Source: a virus
Strand: one strand, 5' to 3'
IMG/VR virus record: IMGVR_UViG_3300027852_000031
Location: 26,250-90,249 of that record
Length of the DNA: 64,000 nt
Part shown: piece after piece, positions 44,701 through 54,157 of the stretch
How positions within the stretch are numbered: position 1 is the first letter of the stretch
How the letters are laid out: the number at the start of each line of letters is the position of its first letter
Position numbers and translations under genes: made by a program
Notes under the pieces: model-generated
Database searches by the model: none
Seen by the model: only the letters and a program-made list of their open reading frames with translations
Told to the model about the DNA's origin: nothing

Positions 44701-47242
44701 TAGGGACGGCGATTTCGATACAGAAGGCCCATCTCTAAACACACACACATTGGGTGTGAAAATAACTAGCGACAGTGGGCTACAAGTTTGGTCATCTATC
44801 CGTGATGTTCCATACGAACAAGCAAGTGGTGGGGGGTTATGGTGGGGTGGCACAACCCATTATGGAACACCTATTGGATCTGACTGGAGTTGGAACACCG
44901 AGGTAGATAGTCTGTATTGGTCGTGGAACGAGAAGTGGCCAGAAATACATGTAGAACATGGCGATGTCGCATTTTTTGCCATCCATGCCGATTTTGTAGA
45001 CAGTGGAGTAGATGGCAATAACCCAAATCATGTTAAAATCTATCTAAGCGTGGATGGTCAACCATGGTTATACATAGGTTCCGGATTGACAGGGCCTCCA
45101 GCGAGTTCGTTGTATAATTATGAAGATCCACGAAGTCGTTATTCAGAAAATGCGGTAGGTATTAAAGTTCAGGCAATAAACTATGATGCGCAAGATGAAA
45201 GCTTATGTGTCAATGAAATAGCTTTGTGGACAGATGAATATCAATTTGAATCCACCGAACTGTCGGGTCTATTTGTTACGACCGATACTTATAGTCGTCC
45301 TATGGATGAATATAAACCCACTGTCTCTCCAAGATCAACATATATCAAAAGAACAGTCGGACCTTTCATATACGATCCAATTATTGTTGGTGACCTATAC
45401 AGTCCGACAACAATTATGTCGGGACTACTGGTAACCCTAGAGGTTGGACTAGGTGCTTATGGAGCAGATGCATCTGCATATCTTCTAGAAGAAGTTCCTC
45501 CGTCCGGATTTTATGTTCGCAACATCAGTCCACCGCAGATCAGATATCCAACGCAGGGAACTAGACCGCCAACTCAACAGCAAATATTCCACGATCCAGA
45601 AAGTGGTATAATGCGCCCCGTGGATAATTTTGGTTTAAATACGTATGCTACGTCAATACGATGGGTCAATCACGACAATCATCCACAACATAATCAACGA
45701 CGATCTCCAAGACCAACTAATATTTATACATACGAACTATATCCTGTATATGGAAATGATTTTATAGTTTCTGATGATTTTCAATTCGATGGCAGTGGAT
45801 TGTTTTTTGGCGGTTCTACTTCGAGTGGTCTATTTGTCACACAATCTACGGGTGACATGGATGGTACCATTAGTGGGGTGAATGCTGGTCTCACAGTCGA
45901 TAGTTTGCATTTCTATATAAGTGGACCTGCAACGAATAGTGGTTCTACACCCCTATATATCAGAACCGTGGAAACCTTTAATAGCTCATATATTGGCACA
46001 GCAAGTAGAACTCCTGAGTTGGTCGACTTCATTTTTAAAGCAGATGGAAACGCCGGAACAGATGATTTTGCTGGAATAGAATATGGGCCACATTTATACA
46101 TGCAAGGCCCACTACAATACGAAGATGATTGTCCGCTTTTTATTACCGGACCGATAGGTGCCGATGTCAACTTCTATACTTGTGGGTCTGACACATTTAA
46201 TAGTAGTGGCTCTTATCCGTCTGGCTTACTGTTAAAAACAGGTGCAGGACATTTAACGTTTGATGGTTCTGGGAATTTATTTACAATCGGTCCTATCGAT
46301 TATTCCGGAAGCTGTAGTTTATATACTCAGGCTGGCTTGTTCGAACCTCCGCTAGATTTATTCACTATGGGAAGTTTGTACGATAGTGGATCTATCAGTG
46401 GTTATATCAAGGGTCCAGAGTTTATATGTTCAAGTGGTAGTTTCCCGTATCCGTATAATCCAAACGATTTTGCATTTCCGTATGGCGACCCTAGTCCGAC
46501 ACTGTATTTAAATGCGCATATACCAATAACAGATTCTTTGCCATTATATATTGGTCCATTAAATCTGTTTACACCAAGACCGTTACACCTTAGAACGCCG
46601 AATAATATTCCTGATGATCATATTGACTTATTTATACAGGGATTCATCGGTCCGTCCGGAACAACACAAACATTCAATATTGGCAATCTATATCTTGAAG
46701 CAAATGATGCAGATTATCCATATACTGCTGGTGGCACCAAAACGTGGCCAATGTTCTTGCCATCTCAATCTGGGAATCTTGATGCCGACAATAGTTGGAC
46801 CATGTTCCTTAATGCCGATTTCACTACACCTGGGGATTGTAATTTATATACATATGGACATGCTTCCGGACAGCCACCGCATGGAATAGAAATCTCCGGA
46901 TCTTTTGGATTAGTTTGCAGTATTAATCCGGATGACCTAACCAGAATTGGATATATTCCATTAAGCAGAGATAATGATCCATGGCTATTGTTTATGAAGT
47001 GCGATCCTGGTAAGTTTTCAACAACGAATTTGTATATGTCGGGATCGTCACCTGTATCTATATATAGTTCCGGCAATTTGTTTATCGATGGATTATTCGG
47101 ACAACCAAATGATTATTTACCTCTTTATCTTCTTGGCGTTTCTGGTCTTTTCAATAATGGTCCGAACGGCTTAGCACTTTTCTTGAATGCAGGTACCCTT
47201 GTGTATAATAGCAGTGGTAACCTATACTTACATGGTTATTAA
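41795..47242 (+). CDS. Large tail-associated protein: six ~100-aa repeats, LxIxG repeats, LamG-like domain
   Basis: Repeats of form W..D...G.R..GSS..R...E.E.G...F..GYW x6; LamG-like TAFWMSG...YLSVDG...NEIALW. Confidence 0.65.
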   Translation: MALRHYVEYINGWVCPDASHDDQWNPYDLSVFGVPPSAVVEISIGFPRSNAEYYGGVRKTGSSLNRRIRIAEAEGDGENFSTMMVQADASGYIEYYSDYFDSTYPSVVAPNFRVVGWWLGCTYIEKFDSFGATSADTWEGYALDQYGIGSGNVADFALSNDNIDTGFEIGIRSSGSTLEKKLRVKEAEGGGEIALNLSAIASGTTAAVEIYAGSIADCSFYLLGYFSVPPGDYVEDFTSFPVPELPDSTWQTLDVGSSGIANSGVAQFVLGNSSTNSPNELGVRNTYSSLNRTVNVDESETGGTTTGKNFGSLCSIVDSSGYVKYFSSDEATNPDFISVGYWTNFANSDIPFLNFNSTDCFIQGLNPYAHYIERLSSESDFFVAPSGSDWVEYDLSSMVPASTDNCSITAEIGIRNSSVTATHLAGARSTSSQINRYFELHDAESGGYDFISLLVPVDNQAKIHIYTDNISDIEFAVFGYWVGGIYHDTHDLFQINSEYTWVNHNVGTTYANKVAEIVITNYNSVQESGGVRSVGSSIDRHHQISKAETGKNHTTLHVNTSGNNGTIQAYISNSGNMSFTAIGYWSTAPGQYHETFSELTSPTENNVWTLSDTGTAEGSVTEMVLEQRYNIAERLMGAREVYSNNSRIWDIRETDLPAVDLAGNMHRVFVNVSSGTSIELYHESPIFAHAFRMVGYWDDLQFIPNINSGNIPLFTAGFDSYNVLDDSEYPSGLLLYCDGHLVHDQSGSLYTDGFGFIATDDQFGGQYPSGVSLYVEGEGISSISDSANLFVHGLVLHNDQLNLYTDAYGVDSNSSDLFLKTIDVISESISLILYNPVDTSSGLIGEDNAVFYLSRRHDNWTSTATERIEHKTWEFPKIIIGNRVFLGKPGATQTVGDGTLPGYDDMGGGFSSCRFGQALIGPIVNRQNILGHVVSPSDYPYAGSSSITTAFWMSGANTSGNIVEAGWFHRDGDFDTEGPSLNTHTLGVKITSDSGLQVWSSIRDVPYEQASGGGLWWGGTTHYGTPIGSDWSWNTEVDSLYWSWNEKWPEIHVEHGDVAFFAIHADFVDSGVDGNNPNHVKIYLSVDGQPWLYIGSGLTGPPASSLYNYEDPRSRYSENAVGIKVQAINYDAQDESLCVNEIALWTDEYQFESTELSGLFVTTDTYSRPMDEYKPTVSPRSTYIKRTVGPFIYDPIIVGDLYSPTTIMSGLLVTLEVGLGAYGADASAYLLEEVPPSGFYVRNISPPQIRYPTQGTRPPTQQQIFHDPESGIMRPVDNFGLNTYATSIRWVNHDNHPQHNQRRSPRPTNIYTYELYPVYGNDFIVSDDFQFDGSGLFFGGSTSSGLFVTQSTGDMDGTISGVNAGLTVDSLHFYISGPATNSGSTPLYIRTVETFNSSYIGTASRTPELVDFIFKADGNAGTDDFAGIEYGPHLYMQGPLQYEDDCPLFITGPIGADVNFYTCGSDTFNSSGSYPSGLLLKTGAGHLTFDGSGNLFTIGPIDYSGSCSLYTQAGLFEPPLDLFTMGSLYDSGSISGYIKGPEFICSSGSFPYPYNPNDFAFPYGDPSPTLYLNAHIPITDSLPLYIGPLNLFTPRPLHLRTPNNIPDDHIDLFIQGFIGPSGTTQTFNIGNLYLEANDADYPYTAGGTKTWPMFLPSQSGNLDADNSWTMFLNADFTTPGDCNLYTYGHASGQPPHGIEISGSFGLVCSINPDDLTRIGYIPLSRDNDPWLLFMKCDPGKFSTTNLYMSGSSPVSIYSSGNLFIDGLFGQPNDYLPLYLLGVSGLFNNGPNGLALFLNAGTLVYNSSGNLYLHGY
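47201..47208 (+). promoter_or_regulatory. GTGTATAA putative late promoter in the 3' end of the upstream gene
   Basis: 43 nt before ATG 47252. Confidence 0.45.
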
Positions 47243-47251
47243 GGGGGTAAC

Positions 47252-48994
47252 ATGGCTTCCGTTGTATATGACAGTAAAGCAATAATACCTGCTCCATTAG
47301 TCAATATGATTAAGGCATATCGTTCTGCCGGTGATGGAACTAAGCACGGTGTGACATACGATATTTCCATTGTCGGTACACTTTTGCCATTCCGTGGTTC
47401 GCCAAGTGGGAATTATATCCTTGGTGATCCATCAAATGCATTCTGGACACTTGGTGGTTACCCTCCAGACGAAACATATGTTGGTGGTGATACACCGTTT
47501 GTGCAGATACAAAGAAAACAAGAGGCGTTAAGATGGCTATTTCGCGAAGATGGAAAGGTATTGGAGTGGTACGGAGGAGCAGCTTCCCCAGTTAAGTGTC
47601 GACCAATTGTAAAATCAATTAATTTTCCAGAAGGTCAGTGGGTTGATAGATGTAATTACAGTATAGAGCTTCAAGCGGAATATTTGACTGGTATTATTGA
47701 TGAAGATATATTCGATGGATCTGGTATACAAGACATATCAGAAGAATGGCAATTTAATGAAACGATTGGCTACAATGGTAAGGTCTACGAAATAAGCCAT
47801 GTTGTTAGTGCAAAGGGTGGTCTCACTTTTGAAGAAATAACTGGCACAGAAACTCAGGCATGGGAAAATGCAAAATTATGGTGCGACAGTAGAATAAATG
47901 GTGTCCCGAATAGCGATTTTGTAACATATGCAACAGATTTTGTTAACTGGGTTAATGGTGGATACACAAAGAATACAAATATATCTGAAAAAGATGGTAG
48001 TTATGCAGTTACAGAAACATGGGTCATACGAGAAGCCGGTCCTGGAGAAACAGCAGCAACTTATGTCGAACAATCGTTTACCACAGTGTATAAAACAGAT
48101 AATGATATTATAGATGTTAATTACAACGGTACAATCTATGGATTAGAAAATCAAGAAAGGACCGGAGGCCCGTCTGCTATAGAAAATGCCAAGGCTGTTA
48201 TACCAACAAATAGTGAAGCTAAAATAACGACCGAATCTGCATTAGTTAATCTACTCAATGGCTACGAATTAGCAGACACACCTACACAAAAAGATATAAC
48301 CATAAACGAAAAGGATGCTGTTGTTACTTTTGGATTCAACTGGTCTGCAAATGAAGACACAGATTATACACAAAGTAATGAAGCAACAATATCGTATAGT
48401 GCAAGCGATGGTCTCTATACTTTGACACTCAATGTTGAGGTGGTTGGTAATGGAGAAACCAAAGAAACTAGATTGGACAATGCTAGGATAAATATACCAT
48501 CTGATTCTGATGCATTAACACTCGCAGAAGAATTAGTTGGTTCACAGAAGCCAGTAGGTATAAGTTTTACTGGTGACTATACAGCTAAATCAAGTGCTAT
48601 GAATGAAGCAAGAGGCACTTCTAGGACATCTTGGACATGGAATGATCGTGACGAATATAATGTCGATATATCTGTTGAAATTTCTTATCCGCAGATTGTT
48701 TCTGCTAAAATATCCATTCCAGGGCGAATCGCTGGTCCAATCATTCAAAGGATAAATACCAGCACTGCGCAGCAAATTACTGTTAATTATAGATCAGAAG
48801 GCCATAGTATTAAACCAGATAGTGATGAAATTGCAGATATTATGGATGCAGCTGGTGGTGTGCCGTATGGTCCCGGCATCAGTCCATGGCTTCCTGGATC
48901 ATATATTCTTGAATCTGATAGGGAAGTTTGGGGTTTCAGTAGTGGTAAATACAATAGGACAAGGACTCATACAGTAACGGAGGATGGATATTAA
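47252..48994 (+). CDS. Putative distal tail/baseplate protein
   Basis: Position after tape measure; beta-rich, with internal duplication (ISEEWQF/VTETWVI). Confidence 0.5.
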   Translation: MASVVYDSKAIIPAPLVNMIKAYRSAGDGTKHGVTYDISIVGTLLPFRGSPSGNYILGDPSNAFWTLGGYPPDETYVGGDTPFVQIQRKQEALRWLFREDGKVLEWYGGAASPVKCRPIVKSINFPEGQWVDRCNYSIELQAEYLTGIIDEDIFDGSGIQDISEEWQFNETIGYNGKVYEISHVVSAKGGLTFEEITGTETQAWENAKLWCDSRINGVPNSDFVTYATDFVNWVNGGYTKNTNISEKDGSYAVTETWVIREAGPGETAATYVEQSFTTVYKTDNDIIDVNYNGTIYGLENQERTGGPSAIENAKAVIPTNSEAKITTESALVNLLNGYELADTPTQKDITINEKDAVVTFGFNWSANEDTDYTQSNEATISYSASDGLYTLTLNVEVVGNGETKETRLDNARINIPSDSDALTLAEELVGSQKPVGISFTGDYTAKSSAMNEARGTSRTSWTWNDRDEYNVDISVEISYPQIVSAKISIPGRIAGPIIQRINTSTAQQITVNYRSEGHSIKPDSDEIADIMDAAGGVPYGPGISPWLPGSYILESDREVWGFSSGKYNRTRTHTVTEDGY

Positions 48995-51378
48995 TGGCTC
49001 AAGTTATATATGATGACAGATATGGGGCTAGAACGTCGAAGGTATTTGGTTGTTCGTTCAAGAATATAACGGCGCAAATGGGTTTTAATAGTCAGCCCAT
49101 CGTCTTTACAGTAACAGTTGTTGAAGAAGAAGATCAAGACTTTACATTAGATGAAACCGATATTCGTTCTGCGCAATATGTTGCATACGGTGAGCTATCT
49201 ATTCTTGGTATCGTTCAGTCATGGGAGCGAACAACCACAGATCCCACCGGGACTGGAATTTACGTAGTTCGATTGACAGATTGTAGACCAGTTCTTGATG
49301 CAGCAAATATAGCGAATGTTTATGTTGACGACCCGGATTCCGAAGTAGCTTTAATAGATACGAATGTTGTTTATATAGGTTCCGAGGGCGATCGTGAGAA
49401 TACAGACGAATCCAGCAGACAAGAGGAAGCTGGTGTTCCATTCAGTACAATTATATCTCGCGTGGAAGCTACTACGCTCCATTATGGAAACAATGCTTTT
49501 ACCGTTAATATGGATGCATTGAAAGATTTGACGAATTGGAGAAATGAAGGTACAGATGATTACTACATCGAAGGAGAAATCAGATCTTTGGTATCTACTA
49601 TCACAGAATTCTGCAATGCTGTTGGTGCAGAATGGTGGGTAGAATCTCAACGGACTAGTGTGGTTGATGACACTATTGTCATCACGATAAAAGTCATCAG
49701 AAGATTAGACTCCATAGGGAATCCAACCGCCATAGATTTAGACTCGTTAGCTTCGTTGCACAACAACGAGGTTATAAGGAGAAAAGACGGGTATGAAAAT
49801 CAGGATACCACCACAAACAAAGTCATCTGGGGTGGTGTCAGACGAAAGCTAGAACAAGTAAGTAATGTAGAGATCAAACCATTTTGGGGTTTTGACGAAT
49901 TTGGACTTCCTTTATCTTCTCCTTCTTATGTCATGCCGAATGAACCACAGTATAGGCGAGTAGATACAAGTATAGCCGAAATGGAAAATGTGTTAAACAA
50001 TTATCTTGTTAACGAAGTTGATGCTGAACAATTGGCTGCATTACAACGATATATGGATGATTTTTGGGGTAAAAGATTTTACTTCGAGTTAAGGAAAAAC
50101 ACTCTTTCTGATACAGGTACCAATTTGCAAGATTATCCTGAAATTATTCCAGCAGGATGGTGGGAAGAAGATATTCCACCAAACGGAGCTAGACAATTTG
50201 ATCCAGATGCTTTATTGAAACTAACGACAGAGGATGGTCGATGGGGATCATTTGTGCATCTTTCTGACATATTTATAACTGGCTCTGGGACTGAAGAATC
50301 TCCGAAAAAAGTTCATCCTGTCACTTGGGCAAATACTGTATATAATTCTAACAACTTAATACCACGAGAAAATGATAATTATATGAAGTGTACGCTGGAG
50401 CAGTATGGTAAGTATGTTATTATGGTCATGCCAGTGTCGCTATCTAGGTATTATATAGATCCTATTACTGGCGAACCAGATGCCAACAAACTAACACGAC
50501 ATGAAGAGTTGTCTAAATCGTGGATTCCTATTATGGACCGCACTATTCACTATGGCCCATGGAGTAATACGTCGCTAGTACGAAGTCGTATTCCCGTGCC
50601 TGGTAATTCTGAAGTTTCTGTGGATAAAGATTTGGTGCCATGGACTTTTGGTACTAGAGATTTAACCAACCAGCAAGCGATGGACCAGTTGACCGAATTG
50701 GCAGCCACCCAAATTGATACTTTGCCGGAACTCGCTATTATAAATACTGGCCAATTGGAAGTTGCTGGTACTCCAAAAGTGAATATAGGCCAAGCGATTG
50801 GGAATGGCAGCAGTATAACAGAAATCTTTATAAGATTCGATAACAATGGTGTAACAACCAGATATGTGGTCAATTTATATACGAAAGAATTAGGTGAATT
50901 TAAGAGAAAGCAACAGAGAGAACGAGAACAACAACAAGAAGAAGATGAAAAAGTTCTAGAGGATGATTTCCCAGAAAATAAAGACGATTTTGAAAGCCCA
51001 CCAGAACCAGAAACTCTGCCAGACGACGAAGATCTTGCCGGTCCGTCGCAACCACAAAGAGAATATGTATATGAAAAACCAGAAGGTGGATTGGGTATTG
51101 TAACGACAAAGGAGGGTGGTCCATTCTATGCCGTTAGAAGATTAAGCTATCGAGATGTTGATCCAGAAACTTTTGCTGGTGCTGGGGTGGTGTTTGATAG
51201 TTATTTTTTATCTGAATGGACGAACGTAAGGAATTTATCTGAACCAGAACTTAGTCCTGGGTGGATACCTGTTGGGACGAAGGTAACTATTAGTATTTTT
51301 TCTGAAACAGATGAATCTGGGCCGTATTTACCGTATATGGAACAAACTCCACCTACTTTTGCACCACCTATTACATAG
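48994..51378 (+). CDS. Putative baseplate hub/tail tip protein
   Basis: Hub-like layout, ending in GSSITEIFIRFDNNGVTTRY plus a charged linker. Confidence 0.5.
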   Translation: MAQVIYDDRYGARTSKVFGCSFKNITAQMGFNSQPIVFTVTVVEEEDQDFTLDETDIRSAQYVAYGELSILGIVQSWERTTTDPTGTGIYVVRLTDCRPVLDAANIANVYVDDPDSEVALIDTNVVYIGSEGDRENTDESSRQEEAGVPFSTIISRVEATTLHYGNNAFTVNMDALKDLTNWRNEGTDDYYIEGEIRSLVSTITEFCNAVGAEWWVESQRTSVVDDTIVITIKVIRRLDSIGNPTAIDLDSLASLHNNEVIRRKDGYENQDTTTNKVIWGGVRRKLEQVSNVEIKPFWGFDEFGLPLSSPSYVMPNEPQYRRVDTSIAEMENVLNNYLVNEVDAEQLAALQRYMDDFWGKRFYFELRKNTLSDTGTNLQDYPEIIPAGWWEEDIPPNGARQFDPDALLKLTTEDGRWGSFVHLSDIFITGSGTEESPKKVHPVTWANTVYNSNNLIPRENDNYMKCTLEQYGKYVIMVMPVSLSRYYIDPITGEPDANKLTRHEELSKSWIPIMDRTIHYGPWSNTSLVRSRIPVPGNSEVSVDKDLVPWTFGTRDLTNQQAMDQLTELAATQIDTLPELAIINTGQLEVAGTPKVNIGQAIGNGSSITEIFIRFDNNGVTTRYVVNLYTKELGEFKRKQQREREQQQEEDEKVLEDDFPENKDDFESPPEPETLPDDEDLAGPSQPQREYVYEKPEGGLGIVTTKEGGPFYAVRRLSYRDVDPETFAGAGVVFDSYFLSEWTNVRNLSEPELSPGWIPVGTKVTISIFSETDESGPYLPYMEQTPPTFAPPIT

Positions 51379-51385
51379 GTATGTA

Positions 51386-53428
51386 ATGGCTAATTTATAT
51401 ACATTTGCTGATTCGAATACCATACTGCTAGCAGTGCTTGGTTATCATCCGTTTACGCCAGATATGGGTGCTTTCTGTGGTGGTTATCAGGGTATATGTT
51501 ATCCAAACCCCACAACAACAGCACCGTGCGGTGGAGTTTATACAAATCCACAACTATATGTTGATCCATTTCCAACCCCATATGAGCCAAGATCGTCGCC
51601 AGACTTTTATTATGGTATTGGCGTTGGTAATCCAGGTGTATATTATCATAATCCAGGCCATATACTCGGTCTATTAGATACATACGCAAGAATGTCGTAT
51701 GGTCTTAGTGTTATCGACACAACCCGAAATGCTGGAAAAGTATCTAATATTGTCGATGTGTCTGAAAGTTATTATATCCCTCTATATACAGCCGACTCAG
51801 TAGTTTCGGTTGATCCAATACAATTTACAGAAAATCCAAGCAAATATATAGTTGGAATGTCGCCATCAGAAGAACAGTATTTAACTCTAGATCCTCGTAG
51901 TATACAATGTTTTGATCCAGAAGCAGCAGAAGGCGGTGGCGCTATACTGCATTGGAATAAAATGCTCCCAGAAATAGGTACAGATGAAACCGTTGGTGTA
52001 CCATATTACCACGATTCGAGTCATATCTATCACACACAAGAAACAACACCGGTGACATTCGTCAATTTATTCGAGAATATTTATACATATAGTTATTTTG
52101 GTATGCCAGAATTATTCCAAGAAATAATGTACAATTTATACGACTATGCTTCTGATTTTACAAGTTACAGCGATCATTCGTTATTTTCGTTGACTGCTGA
52201 AGCATCTAGTTTCCCTGTACCCCAAAACGAATGGCCAGATTGGCAGGCTGAAAATGCGCCATTTCCAATGAGACCACCACGTCCGATAGACGAATGGGGT
52301 GAGCCGATACACCCAGAGTCTACGCCATGGCCAGAGAGCGATTATAAGCAGGCTATTATACCACCGAAAGTATCAATCAATAGTGTGAATATCGAACGTC
52401 CAGACAACGAAGAAGAAGATCCAGTATTTAGTGATGCACCTGGATTAATCAGAACAAAGTGTACCAGATTAACGCCACAACATGCATTAAGTCTATTGAC
52501 AGGATCGTCTGAGTTTCATAAAGTAGAGACAGAAGAAGCTGGTGGTTTTTATGCATACGAATATAGGTCGTTGCCAGAATTAAATGCAGTAACCAATATT
52601 ATCCCGATACAAAGCGCCGGTATGCGATATATGATTAGGCTCCACAGAGATGAGATGTGGGGGAACCCGTGGGAGGGTTTCGATGCAGAAACGTTAGAGC
52701 CAAAAGCAGAAGGTACTGTACCTACTGTTTATTATCCACCAAGTAATATGCCAACAATGTTTGGGATAATAGATGTTTGTTTTAATATAACTGTATTTGA
52801 GAACACCACTATCACACTCGAAGCAGTGGGCGTTCTGGACAGGAACGGAAGACTTGATCCGGTTTATAGACCAGATATAAATCCTGCCGATTGTGATCCG
52901 GGAGATCCCAACTGTGGCAAACAATTGTGGACATATGATTTTATTTCAAGACAATTTTGTTTTTTGGTATCATCCACTAATAAATATACATGGGATCGTA
53001 ATTGGCATGGTTTGCCAGAACATGATGATACATCTATGCATATTACCGAAAAAGTCATTTCGGCGAATCCATATCCAGGTGTGTCTCCTGATTCGGAATA
53101 TGGTGACACTATAGATTGGGAAGAATCAACAATAGTTACTTATAGTGAATCTGTAGTGTTAAAGCCTGGCTGTAACAATGTTAGGGCAAGATTTGTGGTT
53201 CAAAACTTGAATATGCTCAATACTTTAGTTCTAACCGATAAGATAAGTGATCCTCATCCATTATTCTGTGATGATCTTGATATGTGGGTTAGTATTACAC
53301 CTCCTGCACCAAATCCTGGTGAACCAGCTATTTTTGAAACAATAACTCATCATTTTGAGTTTAAAGATCCACAAGACCACAGAGCAGAAGAAGCAAATGA
53401 CACAGATGGAACTGGGCCAGAGGGTTAA
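51386..53428 (+). CDS. Putative tail tip/receptor-binding protein (Pro/Tyr-rich)
   Basis: ATG 51386 after the previous stop; position in tail tip block. Confidence 0.45.
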   Translation: MANLYTFADSNTILLAVLGYHPFTPDMGAFCGGYQGICYPNPTTTAPCGGVYTNPQLYVDPFPTPYEPRSSPDFYYGIGVGNPGVYYHNPGHILGLLDTYARMSYGLSVIDTTRNAGKVSNIVDVSESYYIPLYTADSVVSVDPIQFTENPSKYIVGMSPSEEQYLTLDPRSIQCFDPEAAEGGGAILHWNKMLPEIGTDETVGVPYYHDSSHIYHTQETTPVTFVNLFENIYTYSYFGMPELFQEIMYNLYDYASDFTSYSDHSLFSLTAEASSFPVPQNEWPDWQAENAPFPMRPPRPIDEWGEPIHPESTPWPESDYKQAIIPPKVSINSVNIERPDNEEEDPVFSDAPGLIRTKCTRLTPQHALSLLTGSSEFHKVETEEAGGFYAYEYRSLPELNAVTNIIPIQSAGMRYMIRLHRDEMWGNPWEGFDAETLEPKAEGTVPTVYYPPSNMPTMFGIIDVCFNITVFENTTITLEAVGVLDRNGRLDPVYRPDINPADCDPGDPNCGKQLWTYDFISRQFCFLVSSTNKYTWDRNWHGLPEHDDTSMHITEKVISANPYPGVSPDSEYGDTIDWEESTIVTYSESVVLKPGCNNVRARFVVQNLNMLNTLVLTDKISDPHPLFCDDLDMWVSITPPAPNPGEPAIFETITHHFEFKDPQDHRAEEANDTDGTGPEG

Positions 53429-53453
53429 TATGGTGTCACTAATACCAACGATT

Positions 53454-53461
53454 GTGTATAA
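53454..53461 (+). promoter_or_regulatory. GTGTATAA putative late promoter
   Basis: Intergenic, 23 nt before ATG 53485. Confidence 0.6.
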
Positions 53462-53484
53462 ATACAAGAAGGAGATAATACGAT

Positions 53485-54120
53485 ATGGCTACTGTGAATC
53501 TTTATGCTGGTGAGAATACATTGGTGTCAAATGGGTCTGGATTGGGCTTTTTTGGTATTGCTGGTTTCGGCTCACCAGTTGCTATTGCAGCATATAACGG
53601 ACGAACATTCGTAACAACAACAAGTGGTTTATCTGAAGGTTTCGAATGTAATAATAATCAATGGCACTCGCCATCGTCTGTCGTTCATGGACAGGATGGA
53701 TCTGGCATATCTTTGCAAAATTTACCAAATGAATTATCGACAATAAATCTACGGTTTACTCATGGTGAACCCGTTTATTGTCAACAGGTAAGAATGTGGA
53801 TTTTTGATGGTACTTTTACTGGATCATCGGCCAACAAAGAATCTCCTGCACCTAATATAGATTTTTACGCAGCTGAGATACGACACAGAAGCATCTTACA
53901 GAGCGATCAAAGCGTTTATACCGATGCTGTCTGGTCTAATTTAAATGCTTCTGGGTCAAACTATATTGGACTTGTTAATTCTCCTGGCAAAAAGGGCGTT
54001 AGAGAAGGTGGTTTTGAGGAACTTAGTAATCGTCACGACTGGTACGTATCTCTAACATGTTCTCCTACGCAGCTTGGGGACAAAAATTTTGGCATGACTG
54101 TCGAACTGGAATATATTTAA
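53485..54120 (+). CDS. Virion structural protein, paralogue of 57704..58345
   Basis: YAGE..SGLGFFG..FG; RHDWY...SP...NFG...LEYI. Confidence 0.7.
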   Translation: MATVNLYAGENTLVSNGSGLGFFGIAGFGSPVAIAAYNGRTFVTTTSGLSEGFECNNNQWHSPSSVVHGQDGSGISLQNLPNELSTINLRFTHGEPVYCQQVRMWIFDGTFTGSSANKESPAPNIDFYAAEIRHRSILQSDQSVYTDAVWSNLNASGSNYIGLVNSPGKKGVREGGFEELSNRHDWYVSLTCSPTQLGDKNFGMTVELEYI

Positions 54121-54157
54121 ATAATAGTATCTGTGCTCACAAGAGCGAAGTTTAATT

